Assembly (NCBI GenBank): GCA_030527285.1
Contig: JAUNBC010000004.1
Span: 5,781 to 69,780, forward strand
Length of the DNA stretch: 64,000 nucleotides
Direction of reading: 5' to 3'
Origin: Bacillota bacterium
GTDB lineage: Bacteria; Bacillota; Dehalobacteriia; UBA4068
Below, one piece after another: positions 37,801 through 46,801 of this stretch (position 1 is the first letter of the stretch; each line of letters begins with the position of its first letter). Under the pieces are notes generated by a model. That model saw nothing but the letters and a program-made list of their open reading frames with translations, was not told where the DNA came from and searched no databases. The position numbers and the translations under genes were made by a program.

Positions 37801-38214
37801 GTGCTGGATACGCTGCAAAGCGTGCCCGAGCCGAATGCTCCGCTCAAGCCGGAGGGGCTGCGCTTCAGCGGGCTGACCGTGCTGGACGAGAGCGCGGTGA
37901 GGCTGGCCGACCGCGATATTCGCGGCCATTCCCGCTATATACCGGCAGCGCTGGGGGAGAAGGGCTTTTACGCCAATTCGCCGGGCGTGGAGCAGCCGCG
38001 ATTGTTTGAGATGCGTATGTCCCTGGAGCAGGTCTTAAAGCAGACCGCCACCGCGATGCTGGACGGTCTGATCAGCGTGTCGCCGCTTGGCGACGGCAGC
38101 TTCACCGCCTGCGCCTATTGCGATTACCGGCCTTTATGCGGCTTTGACGCGGAGCTGGCCAGTTTGCGGCATAAGCAGCAAAAGCAGGCGGTAGAGGAGG
38201 ATGGCCATGACTAA
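34843..38214 (+). CDS. addB: helicase-exonuclease AddAB, subunit AddB
   Basis: Start MSVRFILGPAGSGKT. C-terminal nuclease with Fe-S cysteines (CPFSYFAGYGL ... CAYCDYRPLCGF). Confidence 0.92.
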   Translation: MSVRFILGPAGSGKTYHCLQQISEAAGRQPFGAPLIFLLPEQATFIHERMLAERLGCFCRAEALSFDRMIYRMRGQLGGESAPFLSEAGKMLMMSKILSADRERLMLFSAGAANSGLAADLVSLFEELQAYDVGVPRLAALAAHTARHQPQQAWSRKLADVALLYEHYMAEMSEAYGSKAAAMRELAATIGEGRYLAGAAVYVDGYSEFTPLEMSVLAALMQRAGRLEIALPMDIDDEGMVGDEQLFAASAAAYAALTETARRLRVEVEPPLILDGRAQGRFARQPELAALERSLRGIRQAPSEQPPQNVSLHTALDRREELQGVGREIMRLVREQGLRFRDISVITRDSEPYRHLLPTVFGDMGIPYFIDSKKPLLYHPLIELVRAFLEIRAYRPQYRNIFRYLKNPLSPIAGIEADMLENYALAYGVKAWQWTDGRPWTRVSAKEPEGYLTEIERIRHLGADSLLAALNKLPDAATAAELNAALLQLLRELGVDDKLAAWEREALLTGDGEAAETQRQVWSKLLAFFAEAEQLLGETRFTAAQFAELYDAAFRALTLSMIPPGLDQVLVASLERSRNPEIGAAFVLSLNDGVLPARVNEGGVFSDAERRTLAEAGLSLAPDSVSRQFRENYLAYVALTRSGGQLALSYLLADDDGASLAPSTLIRQLRRLWPQLQPQAYGEPLDERRLIGGVSDLAACAVQLSRARAGQAIDGFWWPVYGYYQRNERYRPQLAAVLDGLYYRPLSQPLSAASRQRLYGGRIRGSASRLEKFRLCPFSYFAGYGLKLKPREEYKLDAAARGELFHQVLADIGRAVAGGAADWQTMQREQAERLVDSALARYLPHLLAGVLQSSARYRYLSGRIREALVATLLLQAEQYRAGEFVTVAWELPFGLGGDGLPALVIELGGGKRLEICGVIDRVDMAAGQNVNWFRIVDYKTGAVSLSAEDIFSGLKMQLMLYLQVVLQNSGAFAPGQAAAAGVYYAPVLDTLQSVPEPNAPLKPEGLRFSGLTVLDESAVRLADRDIRGHSRYIPAALGEKGFYANSPGVEQPRLFEMRMSLEQVLKQTATAMLDGLISVSPLGDGSFTACAYCDYRPLCGFDAELASLRHKQQKQAVEEDGHD

Positions 38215-41200
38215 GCTGGAATTCTCCGATGAGCAAAAAAAAGCGATCCGTGAGCGCGGGCGGAATATGCTGGTAGCGGCAGGAGCCGGTTCCGGCAAGA
38301 CTACGGTTCTGGTACAGCGGCTGCTGCATTATTTGACCGCCCCCGACAAGCCCGGCTCCTTGGAGCGGGTGCTGGCGCTGACCTTTACCAATGCCGCCGC
38401 CGCCGATATGCGGCAAAAGATCGACGAGGCGTTGTCGCAGCTGATCGCCGAGCAGCCCGACGACCGCCATCTGCGCCGTCAGCTGGCGCTGCTGCCGCGC
38501 GCCGCTATTTCGACCATCCATTCCTTTTGCTTAGACCTGCTGCGCGGCAATTATTACCGGCTGGGTATCGACGCGGCGCTGCGTATCGCCGGCGAGGCGG
38601 AGACGGCGGCGATGACCGCCGAAGTGTTAGAGGAGCTGTTCGAGCGCGAGTATCAGCGCGAGGGCAGTCTGCTGCCGCAGTTGGCCGACGCTTACGGCGG
38701 CAATCGCGACGACAGCGAGCTGGCGGAGATAGTGCGGCGCTTATATGAATTCAGCCGCAGCCGTCCGCAGCCCGCCGAATGGCTGGAGCAGATATGCGGG
38801 CAAATGAGCCGCGCCGCAAGCGTCGAGGATTATCCGTGGTCTGAGTATTTGCTGGATAAGCTGTATCAGGATATCGCCTATGCGCGTCATGCGCTGGATC
38901 AGGCGCGCGCCGAGGCTGTAAACCACGAGACGCCGCCCAAATGGCTGGAAGCGATCAGCGGCGAGATCGGCGCGCTGAACAGACTGCTGGACGCGCCGCG
39001 CCAATGGCAGCCGGCGCTGGCCGCCTTGCGGCCGATAGAATTTGCCGCCTTAAATCGCGGCCGCGCGGGCAAATGGGACGACGCGGCCTGCGACCGCATC
39101 GCCGCGTATCGCGGCGGCTGCCGCGATACGGTGAAGCGTTGGCAAAAGCTGTTTGCCGAACGCAGCCTCGAGCAGTACGCCGGGGAGCTTCGCGCTATCG
39201 CGCCGCTCACCGCCTATTTGGGCGAGTTAGTGCAGGCCTATGACGCGGCGCTGACGGAGGAAAAGCGGCGGCGGCGCATCATTGATTTTACCGATATGGA
39301 GCATTGGGCGCTGCAATTATTGCAGCAGCCGGATATTAGGACGGCGCTGCGTGAGCGCTATGACGAAATACTGATCGACGAGTATCAGGATATCAACGAC
39401 GTGCAGGACGCGATCTTGCAGCTATTGTCGCGCGGCGATAATTTCTTTGCCGTAGGCGACGTCAAGCAGAGCATTTACCGTTTTCGTTTAGCCGAGCCGC
39501 GCCTGTTCCTGCAAAAGTATCACGGCTACGGAGAAAGGGATGGCGACGGCCTGCGCATCGACCTCAATCGCAATTACCGCTCCGACAGCACGGTGATCGC
39601 CGCGGTCAATTATCTGTTCGCGCAGCTGATGACCAAGGAGGCTGCCGAGCTGGACTATGACGAGGCGGCGGCGCTCAAGGCGGGGCGCGAGGATCGGGGC
39701 GAGCCGAGCCCGCCGGAGCTATGGCTGATCGAGCGTGACCGCGCGGATACGGCGGACGGAGCGGATGCGGCGGACGGCGGCGAGGAGCCGACGGCGCTGG
39801 AGATGGAAGCGCGATTGATCGCCGCGCGCGCGGGCGAATTGATACGGCAGGGCTATCAACCGCGCGATATTGCGGTGCTGCTGCGCAATGCCAGCGGCCG
39901 TGAGGATATCGTTGCCGCCGCGCTCAATGCCGCCGGTATCGCGGCGGTCGCCGATAAGGGCAAAAGCTATCTCGAAGCGCCGGAGATAGAGATGATGCTG
40001 GCGGTGCTGAAGATCATCGACAATCCTCTGCAAGACATACCGTTTGCCGCGGTGCTGCGCTCGCCGGTCGGCGGTTTTGACGCGGACGAGCTGGTGGAGC
40101 TGCGCTTCGCCGCGCCGCATAGCAGTTATTATCAGGCCGCGTCATTGTATGCGCTAAAGGACAATCCCTGCGGACGCAAGGCCAGCCGCTTTTTGCAGCA
40201 ATTCGAGGAATGGCGGCGCAAGGCGGCGGACGGGCATATCGCCGAGCTGATCTGGCGCATATATCAGGACAGCGGCTTCTATCATCTGTCCGGAGCGATC
40301 AGCGGCGGGCAATTGCGTCAGGCTAATCTGCGCGCCCTCTATCAACGCGCGCATCAGTATGAGCAGGGCGCATACGCCGGTCTGTTCCGCTTCATCCGCG
40401 GCATCGAGGAGGGGCGCGAGGCGGGCAAGGGCGCTCCGGCCGCCAAGCTGTTCGCCAGCAATCAAAACGTGGTGCAGGTGATGAGCATACACCGCGCCAA
40501 GGGGCTGGAATTCCCGGTGGTGATCGTCGGCGGGCTTAATACGCCATTCAACTTTAAGGACGAGCAGCAGGATATGATCTGGGACAAGGACCTGGGGCTG
40601 GGGCCGCGTATCTGCGACCGGCAGCAGCGTATCAAATATCCGTCGCTGGCGCATACGGCGATAGCGCTGCGGCTGCATGACAAGGCCGTGGCCGAGGAAT
40701 TGCGCATCTGCTACGTAGCGTTTACGCGGGCGCGCGAGCGGCTGATACTGACCGCCTGCTGCGCGAGCGGCAGGCTGGACAAAAAATGCGAGTCCTGGGC
40801 GCAGCTGCTGGGCGAGCGCCGCATGCAGCTCGATCAGGACAGGATAGCCGGCGCGAGCAGCGCCCTCGATTGGCTGGGCATGGCGCTGATCCGGCATCCG
40901 GACGCGGCGGTATTGCGCGACCGCGCGGGCGCGGGCGGCGGGCAGCGGCTGCTCGCCGGCGGACCGTGGCGGCTGCATATACTGCCCTCCGGCGAGCTGC
41001 CGCCGCCCGGGAGTCAGGTTCCGGCGAACGGCGACGCTTTTGAGCAGGCTTTGCGCCAGCCGCCTCAGCCGTCGCCGCAAATGCTGGCGCGGTTAGATTA
41101 TCGCTACGCGCATGCGGATATCGTCGATATGCCGGCCAAGCTGTCGGTGTCGGCGCTCAACCGGCTGGCCTATCCGCCGCAATACGATGAGGACAGCCGC

Positions 41201-41755
41201 TATCTGGACGAGCAGCCGGCGCAGCTCGGCTTCGACTTTGCCGCGGCTGATAATTCGGCTTCGGCGGCGCGGCGCGGCAGCGTCAACCATTTGCTGCTCG
41301 AACGTTTGCCATTGGCCGGCGCTTGCGATAAGGAGGCGCTGCAAGACTTGCAGGCGCGGCTGGTGGCGGCTGGGCGGTTGAGCGCCGAGGAAGCGCGCTC
41401 GGCGGATATAGCGGCCTTGACGGACTTCCTGGACGGCGAGCTGGGGCGGCGTTTGCGCGGCGCGGCGGAGGTGATACGCGAGCAGCCGTTCACTCTCTAT
41501 CAGCCGCTGGACGAACGGCGGCAGGAGCATTTCGTGGTGCAGGGCGTATTTGACGCGGCCTTCGCTGAGGACGGCGGCTGGGTGCTGCTCGATTATAAGA
41601 CCGGCGGCTGGGGGAAAAGCGACGAGCAGCTGCTCGCCCAATACGCCACGCAGCTCGGCTATTATCGCCGCGCCTTGGAGCAGGTCGGCGGCAGGCCGGT
41701 GCGCGAGGCCTATATCTGTATGCTCGATCTGCGGCGTAATATCCGCGTCGAGTGA
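38201..41755 (+). CDS. addA: helicase-exonuclease AddAB, subunit AddA
   Basis: UvrD-type motifs AGAGSGKTTVLVQR, DEYQDIN, VMSIHRAKGLEF. C-terminal RecB nuclease LLDYKTG. 14-nt overlap with addB. Confidence 0.94.
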   Translation: MAMTKLEFSDEQKKAIRERGRNMLVAAGAGSGKTTVLVQRLLHYLTAPDKPGSLERVLALTFTNAAAADMRQKIDEALSQLIAEQPDDRHLRRQLALLPRAAISTIHSFCLDLLRGNYYRLGIDAALRIAGEAETAAMTAEVLEELFEREYQREGSLLPQLADAYGGNRDDSELAEIVRRLYEFSRSRPQPAEWLEQICGQMSRAASVEDYPWSEYLLDKLYQDIAYARHALDQARAEAVNHETPPKWLEAISGEIGALNRLLDAPRQWQPALAALRPIEFAALNRGRAGKWDDAACDRIAAYRGGCRDTVKRWQKLFAERSLEQYAGELRAIAPLTAYLGELVQAYDAALTEEKRRRRIIDFTDMEHWALQLLQQPDIRTALRERYDEILIDEYQDINDVQDAILQLLSRGDNFFAVGDVKQSIYRFRLAEPRLFLQKYHGYGERDGDGLRIDLNRNYRSDSTVIAAVNYLFAQLMTKEAAELDYDEAAALKAGREDRGEPSPPELWLIERDRADTADGADAADGGEEPTALEMEARLIAARAGELIRQGYQPRDIAVLLRNASGREDIVAAALNAAGIAAVADKGKSYLEAPEIEMMLAVLKIIDNPLQDIPFAAVLRSPVGGFDADELVELRFAAPHSSYYQAASLYALKDNPCGRKASRFLQQFEEWRRKAADGHIAELIWRIYQDSGFYHLSGAISGGQLRQANLRALYQRAHQYEQGAYAGLFRFIRGIEEGREAGKGAPAAKLFASNQNVVQVMSIHRAKGLEFPVVIVGGLNTPFNFKDEQQDMIWDKDLGLGPRICDRQQRIKYPSLAHTAIALRLHDKAVAEELRICYVAFTRARERLILTACCASGRLDKKCESWAQLLGERRMQLDQDRIAGASSALDWLGMALIRHPDAAVLRDRAGAGGGQRLLAGGPWRLHILPSGELPPPGSQVPANGDAFEQALRQPPQPSPQMLARLDYRYAHADIVDMPAKLSVSALNRLAYPPQYDEDSRYLDEQPAQLGFDFAAADNSASAARRGSVNHLLLERLPLAGACDKEALQDLQARLVAAGRLSAEEARSADIAALTDFLDGELGRRLRGAAEVIREQPFTLYQPLDERRQEHFVVQGVFDAAFAEDGGWVLLDYKTGGWGKSDEQLLAQYATQLGYYRRALEQVGGRPVREAYICMLDLRRNIRVE

Positions 41756-41797
41756 GGAAGCCGCTTTTCAGCCCGCAAAGCGTATTTGCTGTATGTA

Positions 41798-41815
41798 GGA
41801 GGCGTTAACGCCTCC
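41798..41815. terminator. perfect 18-nt palindrome between convergent addA and DUF1540 genes (weak terminator candidate)
   Basis: GGAGGCGTTAACGCCTCC. No flanking T-tract on either strand. Confidence 0.3.
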
Positions 41816-41827
41816 GTTGATATCCCG

Positions 41828-41977
41828 CTATTCGCATTGGGTAAACGTTTCACAAGCCGTCTCATCGGGGCGGCAGACCTTGAGCGTGCCGGAGGAGCGT
41901 ACTTCGATCTCGGCGGCGTCGCACAGACAGTCTTTATTGTGCTTGCATTCTTCGACCTTGCATTTGATCTTGGACAT
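41828..41977 (-). CDS. DUF1540-like small cysteine-rich protein (49 aa), absent from the ORF track
   Basis: RBS GGAGGTGATACC-ATG. MSKIKCKVEECKHNKDCLCDAAEIEVRSSGTLKVCRPDETACETFTQCE. Checked codon by codon to TAG (complement of 41828-41830). Confidence 0.65.
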   Translation of the reverse strand: MSKIKCKVEECKHNKDCLCDAAEIEVRSSGTLKVCRPDETACETFTQCE

Positions 41978-42018
41978 GGTATCACCTCCTTTATTGGTGT
42001 AGTATGCGCCTTTAGCGC

Positions 42019-42055
42019 AAAAAAAACCGCTTATGACTCAGTCATAAGCGGTTTT
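42019..42055 (-). terminator. rho-independent terminator after the MBL-fold hydrolase gene
   Basis: 15-bp stem AAAACCGCTTATGAC / GTCATAAGCGGTTTT with a 3-nt loop. T8 run on the minus strand. Confidence 0.75.
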
Positions 42056-42068
42056 ATTTAATTCGCGG

Positions 42069-42758
42069 TTATAGCTGTATGCTTTCTCCGGGGGCGAGTA
42101 CGGCGGCGCGGCTTTCGGTCTTATCCTCAAGCTGACGGGCAAATTCCGCCACGTCCACCGTGATGGCGGGGAAGGTGTTATAATGCATCGGTATTACCTG
42201 TTTGGCCTTCAGCCAATGCGCGGCGGTGATAGCGTCCGCCGAGCCCATGGTGTAGAAGCCGCCGATCGGCAGCAGCGCGCAATCCAGCCCATAGCGCGAG
42301 ATCACCGTACCCATATCGCCGAACAGCGCGGTATCGCCGGCATGGTAAACGCTGTGCGGCTCGTCCTCTACCACATAGCCGCAGGCCACGCCGCCGTAAT
42401 GCTTGCCGTCCTCCCGAGCCACGCTGCTGCCATGCCAGGCCGCGACCATATGGATCTGCGCGTCGCGCACATTGACGCTGCCGCCCAGATTGAAGGCGAT
42501 ATTGTCGATACCCTGCGTATCGAGCTGATTGAGCAGGTCTACCTGACCGATCAGCACCGCGTTATTAGCGCGGGCAATGGCCAAAGCGTCGCCGAGGTGG
42601 TCGTTATGCCCATGCGTGAGCAGTATCGCGTCGGGGTGAAAGTCCGCCGCCGCTTGGCGGCATTGCGGATTGCCGGTGATAAAGGGGTCGATGAGTATTT
42701 CCATGCCGCCTGCGGTGAACAGGGAGCAGCAGGCATGTCCGTGATAGGTGATGCGCAT
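42069..42758 (-). CDS. UPF0173 family metal-dependent hydrolase (MBL fold)
   Basis: MRITYHGHACCSL..., HGHNDHLGD motif, 229 aa. RBS GGAGG. Confidence 0.85.
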   Translation of the reverse strand: MRITYHGHACCSLFTAGGMEILIDPFITGNPQCRQAAADFHPDAILLTHGHNDHLGDALAIARANNAVLIGQVDLLNQLDTQGIDNIAFNLGGSVNVRDAQIHMVAAWHGSSVAREDGKHYGGVACGYVVEDEPHSVYHAGDTALFGDMGTVISRYGLDCALLPIGGFYTMGSADAITAAHWLKAKQVIPMHYNTFPAITVDVAEFARQLEDKTESRAAVLAPGESIQL

Positions 42759-42822
42759 GATACCGCCTCCTTTGCGCTTTTATCGTTTATCAGACTATAA
42801 AATGATTATAGCATTTTTATGC

Positions 42823-43002
42823 TCAGCAGTAAAGGATGGCCCAGAGAAAAAGTCCGAACAGCGCCAGCCCCACCAACAACGCCGGATTGGTCATCAGCGA
42901 GATCAGCAGCAGCGCCGCTACGACCAGCAGCACGATATCGGGCAGCGGCCCGTCGGCGGCGGAATCGGCAAATTTACGGCATTTGCGCCAAAAGTCATTC
43001 AT
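42823..43002 (-). CDS. hypothetical small membrane protein (59 aa)
   Basis: Start MNDFWRKCRKF preceded by AAGGTGA. Two hydrophobic segments. No family recognised. Confidence 0.35.
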   Translation of the reverse strand: MNDFWRKCRKFADSAADGPLPDIVLLVVAALLLISLMTNPALLVGLALFGLFLWAILYC

Positions 43003-43138
43003 AGCGTCACCTTGGTTGCGGCGTTTATACAGCATATGCGGCGCGCGCAAAAAAGTGAACCGGAGCGGTATACAATTGTTTTTGTTGCTATTGACGGGAA
43101 AATGGGATAAAATGAATGGTATATTCATCAGGAGGCAG

Positions 43139-43765
43139 ATGGCGATCGACCGCGTGCAGAGCATATTGAGCATACTGGAGCATACATATCAGGGGCGGCA
43201 TAGCGCGCTTGAGTATGGCAGCGTGTTTCAATTGCTGGTAGCGGTGATGCTGTCGGCGCAGACCAATGATAATCAGGTCAACCGCGTCACGGAGAAGCTG
43301 TTTGCTGAGTATCCCGACGCGGCGGCATTCGCGCAGCTTTCGCCGGAGCAATTAGCGCCGATGATCGCCTCCTTAGGCCTGTACCAAAACAAGGCCAGGA
43401 ATATCGTCGCCGCTTCGCGTATCCTCTGCGAGCAGTATGCGGGCGTGGTGCCGGCGGATAAGCAGCAGCTGACCGCGTTGCCCGGCGTGGGCGGCAAAAC
43501 CGCCAATGTCGTGCTGGCGGTGGGTTTCGGCATACCGGCGCTGGCCGTGGATACGCACGTTTACCGCGTGTCCAGACGGCTGGGTCTGGCCGACGGCAAA
43601 ACGCCGGAGCAGGTGGAGCAGCAGCTATGCGCGCTGATCCCGCGCGAAAAATGGGCGGAGGCGCATCATTGGCTGATCTGGCATGGACGCAGGCTGTGCG
43701 CGGCGCGCAAGCCGGCTTGCGCGGCTTGCCCGTTGGCTGAATACTGCCCGTCGCGGCAGATATAG
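43139..43765 (+). CDS. nth: endonuclease III
   Basis: Start MAIDRVQSIL 3 nt after GGAGGCAG (GGAGG 43131-43135). HhH-GPD (LPGVGGKTANVVL). Fe-S cluster CAARKPACAACPLAEYC. Confidence 0.93.
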   Translation: MAIDRVQSILSILEHTYQGRHSALEYGSVFQLLVAVMLSAQTNDNQVNRVTEKLFAEYPDAAAFAQLSPEQLAPMIASLGLYQNKARNIVAASRILCEQYAGVVPADKQQLTALPGVGGKTANVVLAVGFGIPALAVDTHVYRVSRRLGLADGKTPEQVEQQLCALIPREKWAEAHHWLIWHGRRLCAARKPACAACPLAEYCPSRQI

Positions 43766-43786
43766 CGGAACAAACGGAGGTAGATA

Positions 43787-45268
43787 ATGAAAAGACTTCA
43801 AAACGGACGGCGCTTGCTGTTGACGGCGCTCGCGGTAATAGCGATGGTATTGGTATATTGTACCAATGCGCTGGCGGCCTCGCCGTTCAGCACCGATCTG
43901 CAGGCCAGCAAGGCCTATTTGTCATTCTATTCCTATTATGGCTTGCCGGATAGTTTTAAGTATATCAACAGCATGGAGGCCTTGATCACCGAGCTGCAAA
44001 AGATCGACCCTTATGCCGAATACATGACCGCCGAGCAGCGCGCGCAGCTGAACGAGGATTACAGCGGCACTTACGTCGGCATTGGCGTGCTGATGGAACA
44101 GTTAGCGGACGGCACGGTGAGGATCATGGCCGTATATGCCGACTCGACGGCGGCCAGAGCCGGCTTCAAGGTCGGTGATATCATCGTCAGCGTCGACGGC
44201 ACGGAGGTGCAGGGCAAGACGCTGGACGAGGTCAAAGAGCTGATAATGGGCGACGGCACGGAATTGCTGGTAACGGTGGTGATCGGCCGCGACGATTATA
44301 CGCGCGAATTCCAGATGCAGCGGCAGGAAATGGTCAATCCTTCCATTGCTTACTGGATGATGGATGACGGCGTGGCATATCTGGAGATACTGCAATTCGG
44401 CTCCTATACGGATATGGAGACCAGCGCCGGTTTGGAGTATCTGCGCGAGCAGGGCATGACCTCGCTGGTGCTTGATCTGCGCGGCTGCCCCGGCGGTATC
44501 ATGGATTCGGCGGCCTTGACCGCCGGCTATTTGGGAGTAGAGGGGCCGGTCAGCTATATCGTGACCAAGAACGGCTACGTTGATTTTTACACCACCCCGT
44601 TGGGTCTGGATGCGCTGGGCGTGCCGCTGGCGGTGCTGGTGGACGGCAATACCGCCTCGGCTGCGGAGATGCTGGCGGCGGCGATACAGGACGTGGGCGG
44701 CGGCTCGATCATCGGCGAGACTACCTACGGCAAGGGCTTGTATCAGAATATTCTCAGCCTGCCCTCGGGCGCGGCGCTCAAATTTACCGGCGGCAAATAT
44801 GTGACGCGCGGCTTTCAGGACGTCAATGAGAGCGGCGGCGTGGTGCCGGATATTTTAGTCAGCGGTGCGGAGGCGCAAATGGATACCGCGCTCGATTATC
44901 TGAAGAAGGCGCAGTGGGCGCCCAGGCAGATCATCATGACTATCGGCTCGCGCTACGCTACGGCGGACGCTCAGGCTTATAGCTTCAGCTATGCGCCCTT
45001 CCTGTATAATGGCGCCACCTATGTGCCGGTGCAGCTGCTGCAAAAGTTCAACTGGGAGCTGTTCTATTACAATGATTGCTGGTATTGCTTTGACGGCGTG
45101 CATCGTATCATTCTTGATATCAAGAATAAGCAGGTGCTCAACGGCAAAAACAAGTTAGAGCTAATCACGCGCAGCAATACCAATTTCATTCCGGTATCGG
45201 TATTACGCAGCTGCGGCTATGACGTTTACTGGGACGGCGAGACCAAACAGGTAACGGTCAGCAGATAA
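43787..45268 (+). CDS. S41 family C-terminal processing peptidase with C-terminal copper-amine-oxidase-N-like domain
   Basis: Signal peptide. PDZ (GIGVLMEQLADGTVRIMAVYADSTAARAGFKVGDIIVSVDG). S41 core (LVLDLRGCPGG, NTASAAEMLAAAIQD, TYGKG). C-terminal ...YNGATYVPVQLL...FIPVSVLRSCGYDVYWD. Confidence 0.85.
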   Translation: MKRLQNGRRLLLTALAVIAMVLVYCTNALAASPFSTDLQASKAYLSFYSYYGLPDSFKYINSMEALITELQKIDPYAEYMTAEQRAQLNEDYSGTYVGIGVLMEQLADGTVRIMAVYADSTAARAGFKVGDIIVSVDGTEVQGKTLDEVKELIMGDGTELLVTVVIGRDDYTREFQMQRQEMVNPSIAYWMMDDGVAYLEILQFGSYTDMETSAGLEYLREQGMTSLVLDLRGCPGGIMDSAALTAGYLGVEGPVSYIVTKNGYVDFYTTPLGLDALGVPLAVLVDGNTASAAEMLAAAIQDVGGGSIIGETTYGKGLYQNILSLPSGAALKFTGGKYVTRGFQDVNESGGVVPDILVSGAEAQMDTALDYLKKAQWAPRQIIMTIGSRYATADAQAYSFSYAPFLYNGATYVPVQLLQKFNWELFYYNDCWYCFDGVHRIILDIKNKQVLNGKNKLELITRSNTNFIPVSVLRSCGYDVYWDGETKQVTVSR

Positions 45269-45283
45269 CCGCGTTTGGATAGA

Positions 45284-45317
45284 AAAAGCCTCTTGTGCCT
45301 GGCACAAGAGGCTTTTG
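45284..45317. terminator. bidirectional rho-independent terminator between convergent genes
   Basis: AAAAGCCTCTTGTGCC-t-GGCACAAGAGGCTTTT. Confidence 0.8.
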
Positions 45318-45334
45318 TTATGTCGGGACGGCGT

Positions 45335-45904
45335 TTACTCTTTAGGCCCGAGGCCGAGCGCGCCGCTTTGCTCACGCATGCCGGCAATGGTCAGCTCTAT
45401 CACTTCTCCCAGCTCCATGCCCAGCATATCGCAGCCTTTTTGGATAATGTCGCGGTTGCAGCCGGCGGCGAAGCGATGATCCCTGAATTTCTTCTTCACG
45501 CTTTTGACCTCCATATCGGAGATACCGGTGGGGCGCATCAGCGCGCAGGCGCTGACGATGCCGGTCAGCTCGTCCACGGTGAACAGCGAGCGCTCCAGCT
45601 CGCTTAGCGGCTCCACGTCGCTGCATATGCCCCAGCCATGCGAGATGATGGCGCGAATATCGGCGTCGGCGACGCCCTCGCCGGCCAGCAGCTCGGCCAC
45701 ATGACCGCAATGCTGCTCGGGGAATTTCTCATAATCGACGTCATGCAAATAGCCTATGGCCTGCCAATGCTCGACGTCGGCGTTGAAATGCGCGGCCAGC
45801 GCGCCCATCGCCGCCGATACCGCCAGCGAATGGGTCAGTAAATGCTCCTTGGTCACGTGCTTGGCCAGTATCTCTCTGGCGCGCGGCATGGTCAGATCTG
45901 TCAT
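45335..45904 (-). CDS. HD-domain metal-dependent phosphohydrolase
   Basis: ATG at 45904, 7 nt after GGAAG. HSLAVSAAMG ... GYLHDVDYEKFPEQH (HD motif). The track start at 45910 is a GTG two codons upstream. Confidence 0.8.
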   Translation of the reverse strand: MTDLTMPRAREILAKHVTKEHLLTHSLAVSAAMGALAAHFNADVEHWQAIGYLHDVDYEKFPEQHCGHVAELLAGEGVADADIRAIISHGWGICSDVEPLSELERSLFTVDELTGIVSACALMRPTGISDMEVKSVKKKFRDHRFAAGCNRDIIQKGCDMLGMELGEVIELTIAGMREQSGALGLGPKE

Positions 45905-46027
45905 GTGCACACTTCCTTTCTAAAAAAGTATTTTTCGCTTTGCGCGGTTTATTTCCTGCTTTTTGGAACTATATTGCCGTATCAATGGTCAAATAGGCAG
46001 AGTGCCGAATATACTGTATTCGGTGAG

Positions 46028-46678
46028 ATGATGAAAAGACCGCGCAAGCAAAAAAAACGCCGCCGTACGCGCTTGCTGTTGGCGCTGATGATGCTGGCCG
46101 CGCTGCTGCTGCTGGCTGAATGGCAGCTGTCGCCGATCATCGCCAGACAAGCCCGCACGCAGGCGCATAACGCCGCGTTGACGATGCTCTCCGGCGCGGT
46201 GGAAACGCAGCTGGCGCAGAACAGCGCTTGCGCCGATTACCGGCAGATCATGCATATCGGCTATGATCAACAGGGCAGAATAGCAATGCTGACGCCGGAT
46301 ACGATGCTGCTCAATCAGCTGATCGCCGATATCGTGCTCGACGCGGAGCGGCGCTTTGCCGCGGCGGGCGGCGGACGGCTGAGCTTGCCGCTGGGCGCGG
46401 CGCTGGGCAGCAAGCTGTTCGCCGATCTGGGGCCGGAATTGCACGTCGGCTTCCGCACGGTAGGCGCGCCGATGCTGGAGCTGCGCGACGACTTTGTCGC
46501 GGTGGGCATAAATCAGACGCGGCATCGCATATACCTTGATCTGAGCGCCGAGATCAGCGTCACCGTGCCTTTTGAGCGCGAGAGCTTTGCCGTGGCGACA
46601 ACGGTGCTGCTGGCGGAGGGGATAATCGTCGGCATCGTGCCGGATACTTACGTATCTGTGACCCCCAAGCAGCCATAA
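46028..46678 (+). CDS. yunB: sporulation protein YunB
   Basis: Start MMKRPRKQKKRRRTRLLLALMMLAALLLL, basic N-terminus plus TM segment. Length and pattern match the YunB family. The second ATG (46031) is equally possible. Confidence 0.75.
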   Translation: MMKRPRKQKKRRRTRLLLALMMLAALLLLAEWQLSPIIARQARTQAHNAALTMLSGAVETQLAQNSACADYRQIMHIGYDQQGRIAMLTPDTMLLNQLIADIVLDAERRFAAAGGGRLSLPLGAALGSKLFADLGPELHVGFRTVGAPMLELRDDFVAVGINQTRHRIYLDLSAEISVTVPFERESFAVATTVLLAEGIIVGIVPDTYVSVTPKQP

Positions 46679-46801
46679 ACTGTTAATTATCGTCATTTAC
46701 GCTTGCGCAAGACAAATAACCTGTACCGCCTGGCGATTCTTGACGAAGCGGGCTGAAAGTGATATGCTTCCCAAAGCTTGAGGACTGTTGATCTTGCAGG
46801 T

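Noticed and set aside
39743-39778. Tandem 18-nt near-duplicate GCGGATACGGCGGACGGA / GCGGATGCGGCGGACGGC, considered as a repeat element
   Set aside because: It lies in frame inside addA and encodes ADTADG-ADAADG in an acidic linker. It is a coding microduplication, not a CRISPR, mobile or regulatory repeat.
42836-43138. 101-codon N-terminal extension of the nth ORF
   Set aside because: It is low-complexity Ser/Ala-rich, overlaps the minus-strand small ORF and the MBL gene's promoter region, and lacks an SD. The conserved Nth sequence starts at ATG 43139 right after GGAGG.
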